Positions 34,048-42,531 of a DNA stretch of 64,000 bases are shown here, piece by piece. The notes beneath the pieces were generated by a model. The model saw only the letters and a list, made by a program, of their open reading frames with translations, ran no database searches and had not been told where the DNA came from. The position numbers and the translations under genes are program-made. Every line of letters starts with the position of its first letter. The first letter of the stretch is position 1. This DNA comes from Candidatus Cloacimonadota bacterium (lineage in GTDB: Bacteria > Cloacimonadota > Cloacimonadia > Cloacimonadales > DAONDQ01): contig DAONDQ010000004.1 of the NCBI GenBank assembly GCA_035402645.1, positions 293 to 64,292 of the forward strand, given 5' to 3'.

Positions 34048-36687
34048 ATGCGTAGTGATGTCGTTAAAAAATTTCTAACTGCCCAAACTCATTCTGACCT
34101 CGCGATGATTTACGAATCATTCATGCAGTGTCATGTACTTGTTTCATCAGATGGCTCAACTAATAGGGATGGAGCAACCTTTACAAATGGAATTGAAACA
34201 TGGTATCCATTTGTTATATCTGACAATGAGTCTGATTCAAAAATCATTAACTTCAATTTTGATGCCCACGTAGAAGGTATAGGCTTAACTGGTTGGGATT
34301 GGAAGAACAAGTTATCCCGATGGGTAGCCTTCGACTTCGATTCTATTGTTGGGCATAAGAAAGGACTTACCGATGGAGAAATCAAAGAGATCAGTGGTTC
34401 TATTGCAGAAATCGATTACGTCACCATTCGTAAGTCTACTGGGGGAAAAGGACTTCACATCTATGTTACACTCAATCCTCCGATCCCAACTACTAATCGC
34501 TCGGAACATGCAGCCCTTGCGAGAGCCATCTTACATAAAATATCAGCCCAAAGTGGAGTTCCACTTAAAGACAAAGTAGATATTTGTGGCGGTAATATGT
34601 TTGTTTGGCATCGTAAGATGACCAAAGAGAATCAAGGCTTACTTCTCATTAAACAAGGTAAGCCACTTGATGATGTTCCCAACTGGAAAGATCAGATTGA
34701 TTTCGTAATCGGAGGCAAACCTAGAGTAAAAGACTTTGATGGTGTTGCCACTGCTAAGATTGATATTGCCATTGATGAAGAACATAAGAAGTTAATCAAC
34801 TTTTTACAGGAAAGGCGAGCGATGTGGTATTGGGATGGCGACAAACATATGCTTGTTTGTCATACAGCCGATCTTGCTGATGCCCACAAAGAGATGAATC
34901 TTCGTGGCATCTTCCGAACGGTTGCAACGGGTAAAAACCGTCCCGATATTAATTGTTTCGCCTTTCCTCTTCGTCAAGGTGGTTGGGTTGTAAGACGATT
35001 TGGAGCAGGTACGGCAGAAGATACAAATTGGGATTTAGATGATAAGAATTGGAGAAAATGTTATTTCAATGTCGATGCCGATATTAAAACTGCATCTCAA
35101 ACATTCGGAGGAATAGAACATACTTCCGGTGCTTATGTATTTAAAACCGCTGATGAAGCAGGATTAGCTGCATCTGCTTTAGGTGTTCACTTAGCACTAC
35201 CCGACATAGCTAATTATTGTACTGCTTCAATCAAAGAACATAAAGATGGTAGACTCATAGTATCTATTGAGGATAAAGAGCATAAGATTCCACAATCAGA
35301 GATGCAAGGTTGGATCAAAGAGAAAGCTACTTGGAAAAGATTATATATCAAACCTAGAACAGTTAAAGCTAAAGAAGATAATTCATCTTATGATGATTTC
35401 ATTAGACATTTAGTATCTCCAAGTGGAGAAGATTATGGTTGGGCATTAAGAACAGAAGAAGGTTGGAACTTCGAAGCACTGGCACACGTTCGATTGGTTC
35501 TTGAATCAATGGGACTACCTACTCAAGAGGTACGTGATGCATTAGGTAATAGTGTTATGAAATGTTGGAAGATAGTTAATATACCATTTAAAGATGAATA
35601 TCCGGGCGGTAGACAATGGAACAGGAACTCCGCTCAAATACGATTCCAACCATCACTTGATGTTACTTTAGACTTAGCAAAGAAGTGTCCAAGTTGGTGG
35701 AGAATACTTAGTCATTGTGGAGCAGGTCTTGATGATATTGTCAAGATGAATGATTGGGCTAAAAGCAACAACATTCACTCCGGTGCTGAGTATCTAATCA
35801 CTTGGATAGCGTCGATGTTCCAAGAACCAACTGAACCTCTCCCATACTTGTTCTTCTACGGACCTCAGAATAGTGGTAAGAGTATATTCCATGAGGCATT
35901 ATCTCTATTGGTTACTAATGGAATAGTTAAAGCAGATAACGCTTTGATTAATAAATCGGGATTCAATGCAGAGATGGAGTCCGCGGTACTATGCGTTGTT
36001 GAGGAAATCAATTTGGCTAAGAGTAGAGAAGCAGCTAACCGAATAAAGGATTGGGTTACTGCTAGGGATATAATGATTCATAGGAAAGGCAAGACACCTT
36101 ATATGATGCCTAATGTATCACATTGGGTACAAATGAGTAATGATCATGATGCCTGTCCTATATTTCCCGGCGATACTCGAATAGTAGTTCTATTCGTTGA
36201 TAAATTGAATATCATCATACCTAAGAAGAAGTTGATTGATTCACTAATCGAAGAAGCAAGGGACTTCATGGCTTACATAATTAATTATAATCTTCCGGAG
36301 TCCTTCGACCGCTTGAATGTACCAGTGATTGCAACATCCGACAAGATGAATATTGAACAATCTAATAAGAGTATGTTAGAGATGTTCATAGATGATGAAT
36401 GTTTCCGTTGTGATGGTGAAATGATTAAGTTCAGTGAGTTCTGTGATAAATTTATGGAATGGCTTGGACCTACAACAGAGTTTTGGTCTAAGCAGAAGAT
36501 TGGGAAAGAACTCCCTCCTATGTTCCCTAAAGGTAGGTTACCTCAGAGTGGTCAGTTCTATGTAGGTAATATTACTTTCGATGCGGAAATCAAATCGACA
36601 GGTAAGTGTGTTGTATTGGGTGATAAGTTAATTAAACAAGAAACAGTAATATCAGAGGCGGTAGTTCATGAATCAAAACTTATTTGA
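34048..36687 (+). CDS. bifunctional AEP primase-polymerase / SF3 (D5-like) helicase
   Basis: 879 aa. The AEP motifs are VAFDFDS (DxD) and GGKGLHIYV (sxH). The SF3 Walker A is FFYGPQNSGKS and the Walker B is LCVVEE. Confidence 0.85.
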   Translation: MRSDVVKKFLTAQTHSDLAMIYESFMQCHVLVSSDGSTNRDGATFTNGIETWYPFVISDNESDSKIINFNFDAHVEGIGLTGWDWKNKLSRWVAFDFDSIVGHKKGLTDGEIKEISGSIAEIDYVTIRKSTGGKGLHIYVTLNPPIPTTNRSEHAALARAILHKISAQSGVPLKDKVDICGGNMFVWHRKMTKENQGLLLIKQGKPLDDVPNWKDQIDFVIGGKPRVKDFDGVATAKIDIAIDEEHKKLINFLQERRAMWYWDGDKHMLVCHTADLADAHKEMNLRGIFRTVATGKNRPDINCFAFPLRQGGWVVRRFGAGTAEDTNWDLDDKNWRKCYFNVDADIKTASQTFGGIEHTSGAYVFKTADEAGLAASALGVHLALPDIANYCTASIKEHKDGRLIVSIEDKEHKIPQSEMQGWIKEKATWKRLYIKPRTVKAKEDNSSYDDFIRHLVSPSGEDYGWALRTEEGWNFEALAHVRLVLESMGLPTQEVRDALGNSVMKCWKIVNIPFKDEYPGGRQWNRNSAQIRFQPSLDVTLDLAKKCPSWWRILSHCGAGLDDIVKMNDWAKSNNIHSGAEYLITWIASMFQEPTEPLPYLFFYGPQNSGKSIFHEALSLLVTNGIVKADNALINKSGFNAEMESAVLCVVEEINLAKSREAANRIKDWVTARDIMIHRKGKTPYMMPNVSHWVQMSNDHDACPIFPGDTRIVVLFVDKLNIIIPKKKLIDSLIEEARDFMAYIINYNLPESFDRLNVPVIATSDKMNIEQSNKSMLEMFIDDECFRCDGEMIKFSEFCDKFMEWLGPTTEFWSKQKIGKELPPMFPKGRLPQSGQFYVGNITFDAEIKSTGKCVVLGDKLIKQETVISEAVVHESKLI

Positions 36688-37555
36688 TATGTTTGAAAGA
36701 TTAGAAGGACACGATACTAAAGTAACCACTAGAGAAGTAGCGGTTAAAGCACCATTTGGATATCCAGGTGGTAAGAGTCGTAGTGTGGAGCATATACTTC
36801 CGCATTTACCATATAACGGCAAATACGTCGAGATATTTGGTGGAAGCGGAATTATACTACTCAATCGTAGACCGGATAAGATGGAAGTATATAACGATAA
36901 ATATGGTGGAGTAGTGAACTTCTATCGATGCATTAAAGATCCAATAAAACTAAAGGCTCTGATTGATTACTTAGAACTCACTTTGAAATCTAGAGAAATG
37001 TTCCTTGATTCTCAAGATTTGATTGTTACCAGTAAAGATGATGTAGAACGTGCAGCTAACTGGTATTACATGATTATGCACTCATTCTCAAAACTGGGAC
37101 GTAATTTCGGTCGTGATTTAAATAAAACATCACACGGCATTGACAGTCATTTTCCTATATTTAAACAAACACACAATAGATTGAAAAATGTTTTAATTGA
37201 GAATCTAGATTGGACAACTTGTATAAAGGACTTCGACAGTTATGATACGGTCTTCTACTGCGATCCACCATACATGAATACTACTACAAGCGGTAATCTG
37301 TATGAGCATGGTATGTCAATTAAAGACCACACTAATTTGTGTGAGATGATTTTCCAATCAAAGGGATTCTTTGCATTAAGTGGATATGAAAATGAAATGT
37401 ATTCGACATTCCCTTGGGATGATATTCAAGTGTGGGATGTAAATGTTTCTATGACCGCTCAAGCATTTTCAGATACAAACAATTTCGCAGATAAGAAGGA
37501 TCAAATCACACGTGGAAAACGAACAGAAAGACTCTACATCAAATATGCAAGATGA
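36668..37555 (+). CDS. N6-adenine DNA methyltransferase (Dam/D12 class)
   Basis: The SAM-binding motif is EIFGGSGIILLN (FxGxG) and the catalytic motif is FYCDPPYMNT (DPPY). Confidence 0.85.
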   Translation: MNQNLFDMFERLEGHDTKVTTREVAVKAPFGYPGGKSRSVEHILPHLPYNGKYVEIFGGSGIILLNRRPDKMEVYNDKYGGVVNFYRCIKDPIKLKALIDYLELTLKSREMFLDSQDLIVTSKDDVERAANWYYMIMHSFSKLGRNFGRDLNKTSHGIDSHFPIFKQTHNRLKNVLIENLDWTTCIKDFDSYDTVFYCDPPYMNTTTSGNLYEHGMSIKDHTNLCEMIFQSKGFFALSGYENEMYSTFPWDDIQVWDVNVSMTAQAFSDTNNFADKKDQITRGKRTERLYIKYAR

Positions 37556-37688
37556 TGAGTGTGATGCTCCCATCTGTTGTATATGCGGTAATCCAGTAGA
37601 TAAGTCGGATGTAAAACCCGGCTCTACTGTATGTTATTATTGTTGGAGGGATTATAAAAATGATCAAAACGATTTTGAATGAAGAACC
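37545..37688 (+). CDS. possible zinc-ribbon miniprotein (47 aa, below the ORF-track cutoff)
   Basis: MQDDECDAPICCICGNPVDKSDVKPGSTVCYYCWRDYKNDQNDFE. It overlaps both neighbours and has no clear SD. Confidence 0.3.
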
Positions 37689-38157
37689 AGTAGAGATGGA
37701 AACATCAACCACTGTGATGCGTCCTATTACTTTGCATGGGTTAAATTACGATAATAGTGAATTTAAAGCTAAATGCCATACTGTATGGCATAAAAATTCA
37801 AATGAACACTATATTACAATTCATCAAGATAAGAACCTCATGATTTGGGGAGGCACTAAGAACTTCGATAATTTGATTGAAATGGTGATGATAATACTGA
37901 ACGCTAACACATTCATAGCTAAGGCAAATAGTCTAATAGCTTTCGTCGTCCACACATCAGAACCAGTAAATGGATTAACTGGTGTTACATTCTCTAATAA
38001 TGATTTTAAAATATTTATAAATGTTAGAGTTATGCCGGATGGTATAATCATTTATTTTAATGATTATATAATCGGAGTAAATGGTAAATCATTGGATCTT
38101 AATAAAATAGTGGAATTCATAGTAATTGGAAAATACTTATATGAAACATCTAAATGA
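37660..38157 (+). CDS. hypothetical protein (165 aa)
   Basis: ORF preceded by GGAGGGATTATAAAAATG. Confidence 0.45.
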   Translation: MIKTILNEEPVEMETSTTVMRPITLHGLNYDNSEFKAKCHTVWHKNSNEHYITIHQDKNLMIWGGTKNFDNLIEMVMIILNANTFIAKANSLIAFVVHTSEPVNGLTGVTFSNNDFKIFINVRVMPDGIIIYFNDYIIGVNGKSLDLNKIVEFIVIGKYLYETSK

Positions 38158-38740
38158 TAATTTACTATGTGTAGTTACGACCTTCTTAACAGGTCCGGAT
38201 CATCAGCGCGATGATATACTGCAAATATGTATTACTCCTTTAGATCGATTCCTTAAGGTTGATGGTTCAATCGCACCATTTATAGCTACTATGAATCCAC
38301 GTCGAGGCAACTGTGATAAAGATTGGTTAGGCAATGACTTCAGCAAGATGGAACAACTAATACGTAACGGCATCGATCCGGATTTCGTACAAGACCAATT
38401 AGAGAAATGGTTTGTTAAGTACCGCATAAGAGAAACGAAACTCATTATGCCGTTAGCTTATAATTGGGCATTATCTCGTTCATTCCTAATTGATTGGTTG
38501 AGCATTGATTCATTCAATGGTTACTTCGACTATCGTTATAGAGATATAATGACCGCTTCGATATACTGCAATGATAGAGCCTACTGGCATGAAGAAGATT
38601 ATCCTTATCCTAAACACAATTTGACTTATATATGTAATCAATGTGGCGTTGATTACAAGAAGTCTAACGATATAATGCAACAAAGTATGGCGATAGCTGC
38701 TTGTTATCGTCAAATGATGGGAGTGTTTATAGGAGTATGA
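38126..38740 (+). CDS. degenerate DnaQ-like exonuclease paralogue (catalytic residues replaced)
   Basis: It aligns with ORF 40203-40787. LLCVVTTFLTGPD pairs with TVCAIDTETSGLD. PLAYNWALSRSFL pairs with PLGHNISFDLMFL. KSNDIMQQS pairs with HSAESDARTS. The DEDDh positions are T, F, S, K and non-Asp. Confidence 0.5.
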   Translation: MENTYMKHLNDNLLCVVTTFLTGPDHQRDDILQICITPLDRFLKVDGSIAPFIATMNPRRGNCDKDWLGNDFSKMEQLIRNGIDPDFVQDQLEKWFVKYRIRETKLIMPLAYNWALSRSFLIDWLSIDSFNGYFDYRYRDIMTASIYCNDRAYWHEEDYPYPKHNLTYICNQCGVDYKKSNDIMQQSMAIAACYRQMMGVFIGV

Positions 38741-39012
38741 ATTTCTTTTTACAACTTAAACGGTTTCTACTTAGACTTAGGCTATTTGATGATTCTCCCG
38801 AACAGTGGAGATACTTTTATTTCGATACCGAAATAAGTTTTGGTTGGCTAAGGAATATTAGAATAGCTTACTGTCTAGACGAGAGAGCCAAAAGGCGTGA
38901 TTGGTTAATCGAGTATTTAAGTTGGCGATTGGAATTATATTATTTTAAAGAATATGATGGTGAAAATGTTTCACTACAAAGGAAATACAAATGGACAAGA
39001 TACAAAATGTAA
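38737..39012 (+). CDS. hypothetical protein (91 aa)
   Basis: The start is moved to the ATG at 38737 (ATGA overlap with the upstream stop). Confidence 0.4.
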   Translation: MNFFLQLKRFLLRLRLFDDSPEQWRYFYFDTEISFGWLRNIRIAYCLDERAKRRDWLIEYLSWRLELYYFKEYDGENVSLQRKYKWTRYKM

Positions 39013-39281
39013 ACACATACTATGCTAGTTATAATCTGTGTTTTATTTGTTTAAAGAATAATATACCATTCACGCATTGTAGTGGCAATTTTAAATTTGA
39101 AAATAATACTTTAATCAGTTATGGTGAGGTTATAGGTATACCTCAAATCGATGGAACATATCAAATCATTGGAGAACCATTTAGTCCAGTACAAGGTAAA
39201 CACTACGCAGTAATACGTAGATATAACGATTATGTGAAAGGAAAGGTGGAACGTGAGAATTTGTCTAATTGTGAAGGATGA
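38991..39281 (+). CDS. hypothetical protein (96 aa)
   Basis: In-operon ORF. Confidence 0.4.
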   Translation: MDKIQNVNTYYASYNLCFICLKNNIPFTHCSGNFKFENNTLISYGEVIGIPQIDGTYQIIGEPFSPVQGKHYAVIRRYNDYVKGKVERENLSNCEG

Positions 39282-39918
39282 GTATCCATGTTATTTAGAT
39301 GAATGGTTGAATCATCACGAGAAACTCGGAAAGATAACCATCTACAATAATGGTAGGGATATTGACGTGATTCCTCAATTTGGATTAGAAGTAATACCAT
39401 TTCCAGGAAATCAAGTCCAGTTGAACGCATACAATCATATGGCTAAAAGATACCCAAATGATTATATTCTCTTTATTGATTCAGATGAATTCTTCTTCAG
39501 CAACTATGATGTAGAGCAACTCGAAGCCGAATGTTGTATGCATGGTGCGTTAGCTTTCAACTGGCAAATGTATGGCAGTAGCGGATTGTTGAAGCACGAC
39601 AATGGCTCGCAACTTACCAAATTCACCAAGAAATTACCCGAATACCACGTTGTTAATCGTCAGTTCAAGACACTGGTGCAGGGAAAGAACGTGATGCATT
39701 TCAGCAATCCACATGAAGCTAAGTTGCGTACAGGCGCGTACAATCGTCCTACTAAGTTAGGTTGGACTCAAGATGTAGATATAACGTTAGGTTATATAAA
39801 TCATTATTTCCTTCGCAGTAGGGAGGAGTTTGAGCTAAAAATTAAGAAGGGTAGAGCCGATACAACAAGTAAGAGAACTATTGGAGAGTTCTTAGCAATA
39901 AATAGGGAGTGCGTATGA
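39253..39918 (+). CDS. glycosyltransferase (GT2-like, Glyco_tranf_2_4 / GT92-type pattern)
   Basis: VKDEYPCYLDEWLNHHEKLG, the DxD-type motif FIDSDEFF, NWQMYGSSG and INHYFLRSREEF. It has a GTG start after AAAGGTGG. Confidence 0.6.
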   Translation: MRICLIVKDEYPCYLDEWLNHHEKLGKITIYNNGRDIDVIPQFGLEVIPFPGNQVQLNAYNHMAKRYPNDYILFIDSDEFFFSNYDVEQLEAECCMHGALAFNWQMYGSSGLLKHDNGSQLTKFTKKLPEYHVVNRQFKTLVQGKNVMHFSNPHEAKLRTGAYNRPTKLGWTQDVDITLGYINHYFLRSREEFELKIKKGRADTTSKRTIGEFLAINRECV

Positions 39919-40136
39919 AAATAGAAGCCGGAGATACTGTTTGCACCAAGATGGTGTATACTGCCAAATGTTATACTAGGACACCCATTAAAGATTTAAT
40001 AGGACATTTCTCATATCATCTTAGCAAAGAGTCATCAAGGCTTAATAATATAACACAAGATGACATTAATAAGATGATTAAGAAATGTAAAGGAAATCAC
40101 AAGAAAGCATATGAAAGATTAGTGGAGGGAAAATGA
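39909..40136 (+). CDS. hypothetical protein (75 aa)
   Basis: In-operon ORF. Confidence 0.4.
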   Translation: MRMKIEAGDTVCTKMVYTAKCYTRTPIKDLIGHFSYHLSKESSRLNNITQDDINKMIKKCKGNHKKAYERLVEGK

Positions 40137-40216
40137 TTTGGTTAGGGGTAGGAATAGGGTTCATACTGGTGATGACTATATATTTCACAATATTAAAAGG
40201 AGATGACGATGAATGA
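40133..40216 (+). CDS. possible 27-aa single-TM micropeptide
   Basis: ATGA overlap with the upstream stop. The product is MIWLGVGIGFILVMTIYFTILKGDDDE. Confidence 0.3.
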   Translation: MIWLGVGIGFILVMTIYFTILKGDDDE

Positions 40217-40787
40217 ATCAGATTACACAGTCTGTGCTATCGACACTGAAACGAGTGGACTTGATCCACGATTGCATGAGGTACTATCCTTATGCATCAT
40301 GCCTGTCAATGACAAGTTCGAAGATTTAGGACTCACTCTGAACTTGCGTATAAGGGCAAATAATCCTGTCGATGCCAAAGCCATAGCTATCAACAAACTT
40401 GATCCAACTGTCGGGATTGCGAAATCCGAAGCATGGAAGACCATACGTGAATGGCGAAGGAAGAATCTAATCACCAAGATAGTTCCTCTTGGACACAATA
40501 TCTCTTTTGATTTGATGTTCCTAAAGACGCTAATGCCCAACCCCACAGACTTCCAAGACATTTTCCACTATCGCTTTAAGGATAGTATGATTATGGCACA
40601 GATAATTAATGATGTGCATTTCGCAAGGAAGAGCGTTAAGTTCTTCAACGCAGTAGGCTTGGAAAAGGTGTCAGAACGATTGGGCATCCAAAATATGGTA
40701 GCACATTCCGCAGAGAGTGATGCTCGCACATCACTACTCTGCTATAAGAAAATGCTAGGTATGCTTGCTATTGTTGAGCCAACCTAA
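40203..40787 (+). CDS. DEDDh 3'-5' exonuclease (DnaQ-like)
   Basis: Exo I is AIDTETSGLD, Exo II GHNISFDLMFL and Exo III HSAESDARTS. The likely start is the ATG at 40209, after AAGGAG. Confidence 0.8.
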   Translation: MTMNESDYTVCAIDTETSGLDPRLHEVLSLCIMPVNDKFEDLGLTLNLRIRANNPVDAKAIAINKLDPTVGIAKSEAWKTIREWRRKNLITKIVPLGHNISFDLMFLKTLMPNPTDFQDIFHYRFKDSMIMAQIINDVHFARKSVKFFNAVGLEKVSERLGIQNMVAHSAESDARTSLLCYKKMLGMLAIVEPT

Positions 40788-42171
40788 ATTCGTGATCGAA
40801 TCCCGTCAGTATAGGTGTGAGCGTACGTTTCTGCTCCCCTATATTGGCGCGGAGTTTCTGTTCCTTAGTTCGTATGTCATAGTTAAGACTCTTCGCGTAC
40901 TCTATATTCCCATTGATGAAAGAATCACATCCATAGTAGATTATCTTCTTACATCCCCACAATTTAGCTATATGAGTAGCCATACATATTGATTGAGGAT
41001 GGAAATTATTAGGAATATTGAAGTCCTCCATATTATACGTGAACACGCTAGGGTGTCGCGTATACCATGCGCTAGTAATATAAGGCAGTAACATCGTTCC
41101 TCTCTTACTCCAACATATCTCTCCAAGTTGGCTATCCTGTTGAACACAATACATATCATTCTTGATGTTCAACGATTCAATTTTATGTATAGCTTGATTT
41201 AACCCAATGATTGGGCAATCCGGATCGAAATGCTTTTCTTTCAGATTATCCATACTTGGACCTTTACCAACTATGTAACAGACCTTGTCTTTGTATCTAT
41301 CCTTAGTATCACCTATTATCTTCCGTTTCTCAATAGGGTGCAGTACCCACGCTAAAGGCTCTACACGTTTGGCAAAGCGATCAAGAATCACTTCGATCTG
41401 CTTATTAGGCTTAGGTAGTATGAGTCTACCTAGTGGATCGCGTCTACAATTCTTAACTTCCTTTGGATACTCAATCGTTTCCGGACGTATATTCAGTAGA
41501 TCGAAATACACGTTTGCATCAGTACCGAGGAACTGTTTAAGGATTGAGTAATCCGGATCGTTAGCAAATGTACTGGTATGACCGGACCCGATGCCACCGC
41601 GACCGGGTAACCCTTTCATACCAATACATAACTTTTCTTGGCTATCATCAAGCCAGTGTCTACCTTGAGCCATCTTCCATAACTCTATGTCGATGAACTT
41701 CAAGTCCTTCTCACAGAGAGATTCAAGGTAGGGAAGATTGTTAGGACGTATGCCTGTCTGACACAGTGAAGCGTGTCGAGTGTTATTATGACAGTGCCAC
41801 CAACGATACTGTACATTATAGTAGATGGCATTAGGCTGACCTACTATATGATTCGTCTTCAACCAGTCATGCATCTTCTCAACGTATGTTGGCTTATAGT
41901 AATCATCGTCTTCCCAAAAGATAATCATATCGTTCTTTATTAAAGGAAGTGCAGTACGCAAGTTGAGTCCCAGAGTATGCGGAGGGTCGTCCGGTCGGGG
42001 AACTCTTCTCACGTACTGCACTTTTGAACAAGGTTGAGTAGGCGTTTTGCCGTCATCAATAACTATCCACTGATCCACTTTCATGGTCTGTCGTTCCATC
42101 CACTGTTCACAAATCTTAAATACTACATGACGGTCGCCCGTACACGTTATAGCTGTAATTTTCTCACTCAT
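40768..42171 (-). CDS. two-domain glycosyltransferase-like protein (N-terminal DxD GT-like, C-terminal Maf/DUF115-like)
   Basis: The N-terminus carries WIVIDDGKTP and FWEDDDYY. The C-terminus carries YIVGKGPSMDNL...IIGLNQA...YCVQQD...IIYYGCDS, which resembles the GxGPS motif of motility-accessory-factor type sugar transferases. Confidence 0.45.
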   Translation of the reverse strand: MSEKITAITCTGDRHVVFKICEQWMERQTMKVDQWIVIDDGKTPTQPCSKVQYVRRVPRPDDPPHTLGLNLRTALPLIKNDMIIFWEDDDYYKPTYVEKMHDWLKTNHIVGQPNAIYYNVQYRWWHCHNNTRHASLCQTGIRPNNLPYLESLCEKDLKFIDIELWKMAQGRHWLDDSQEKLCIGMKGLPGRGGIGSGHTSTFANDPDYSILKQFLGTDANVYFDLLNIRPETIEYPKEVKNCRRDPLGRLILPKPNKQIEVILDRFAKRVEPLAWVLHPIEKRKIIGDTKDRYKDKVCYIVGKGPSMDNLKEKHFDPDCPIIGLNQAIHKIESLNIKNDMYCVQQDSQLGEICWSKRGTMLLPYITSAWYTRHPSVFTYNMEDFNIPNNFHPQSICMATHIAKLWGCKKIIYYGCDSFINGNIEYAKSLNYDIRTKEQKLRANIGEQKRTLTPILTGFDHEFRLAQQ

Positions 42172-42518
42172 AAGAAACTCCCATCATCATTTCTGATTGT
42201 TTTGTTTGATTCATCTGTTGTGTTAAGTTGTTTGGATTCACCAATCACTGCACGAGTGCAAGTATCGCACTGTCGCCATGTTGTGACGAACTTGTCTAAC
42301 TCGCAGAAGTACGTGTAGCGTTTAATCCCACAAGGAGTGGGCGTATTAGTGAACGCTCTGAACTTGCATGGTTTGTAAATCTTGTGAAGTACCCACGGAT
42401 CTGTTTCATCAGCCATGTATCCTTCCGGCGGTGTGGGAGGTTGTCTACCCTTCTTAGGATAAATCAAATCCCCGTTCGTCATTAATCGACCTCGTTCACT
42501 CATTTTGACCCTCCACAT
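42168..42518 (-). CDS. hypothetical Cys-rich protein (116 aa)
   Basis: 4-nt overlap downstream. Confidence 0.4.
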   Translation of the reverse strand: MWRVKMSERGRLMTNGDLIYPKKGRQPPTPPEGYMADETDPWVLHKIYKPCKFRAFTNTPTPCGIKRYTYFCELDKFVTTWRQCDTCTRAVIGESKQLNTTDESNKTIRNDDGSFL

Positions 42519-42531
42519 ATCTATTTAATAA

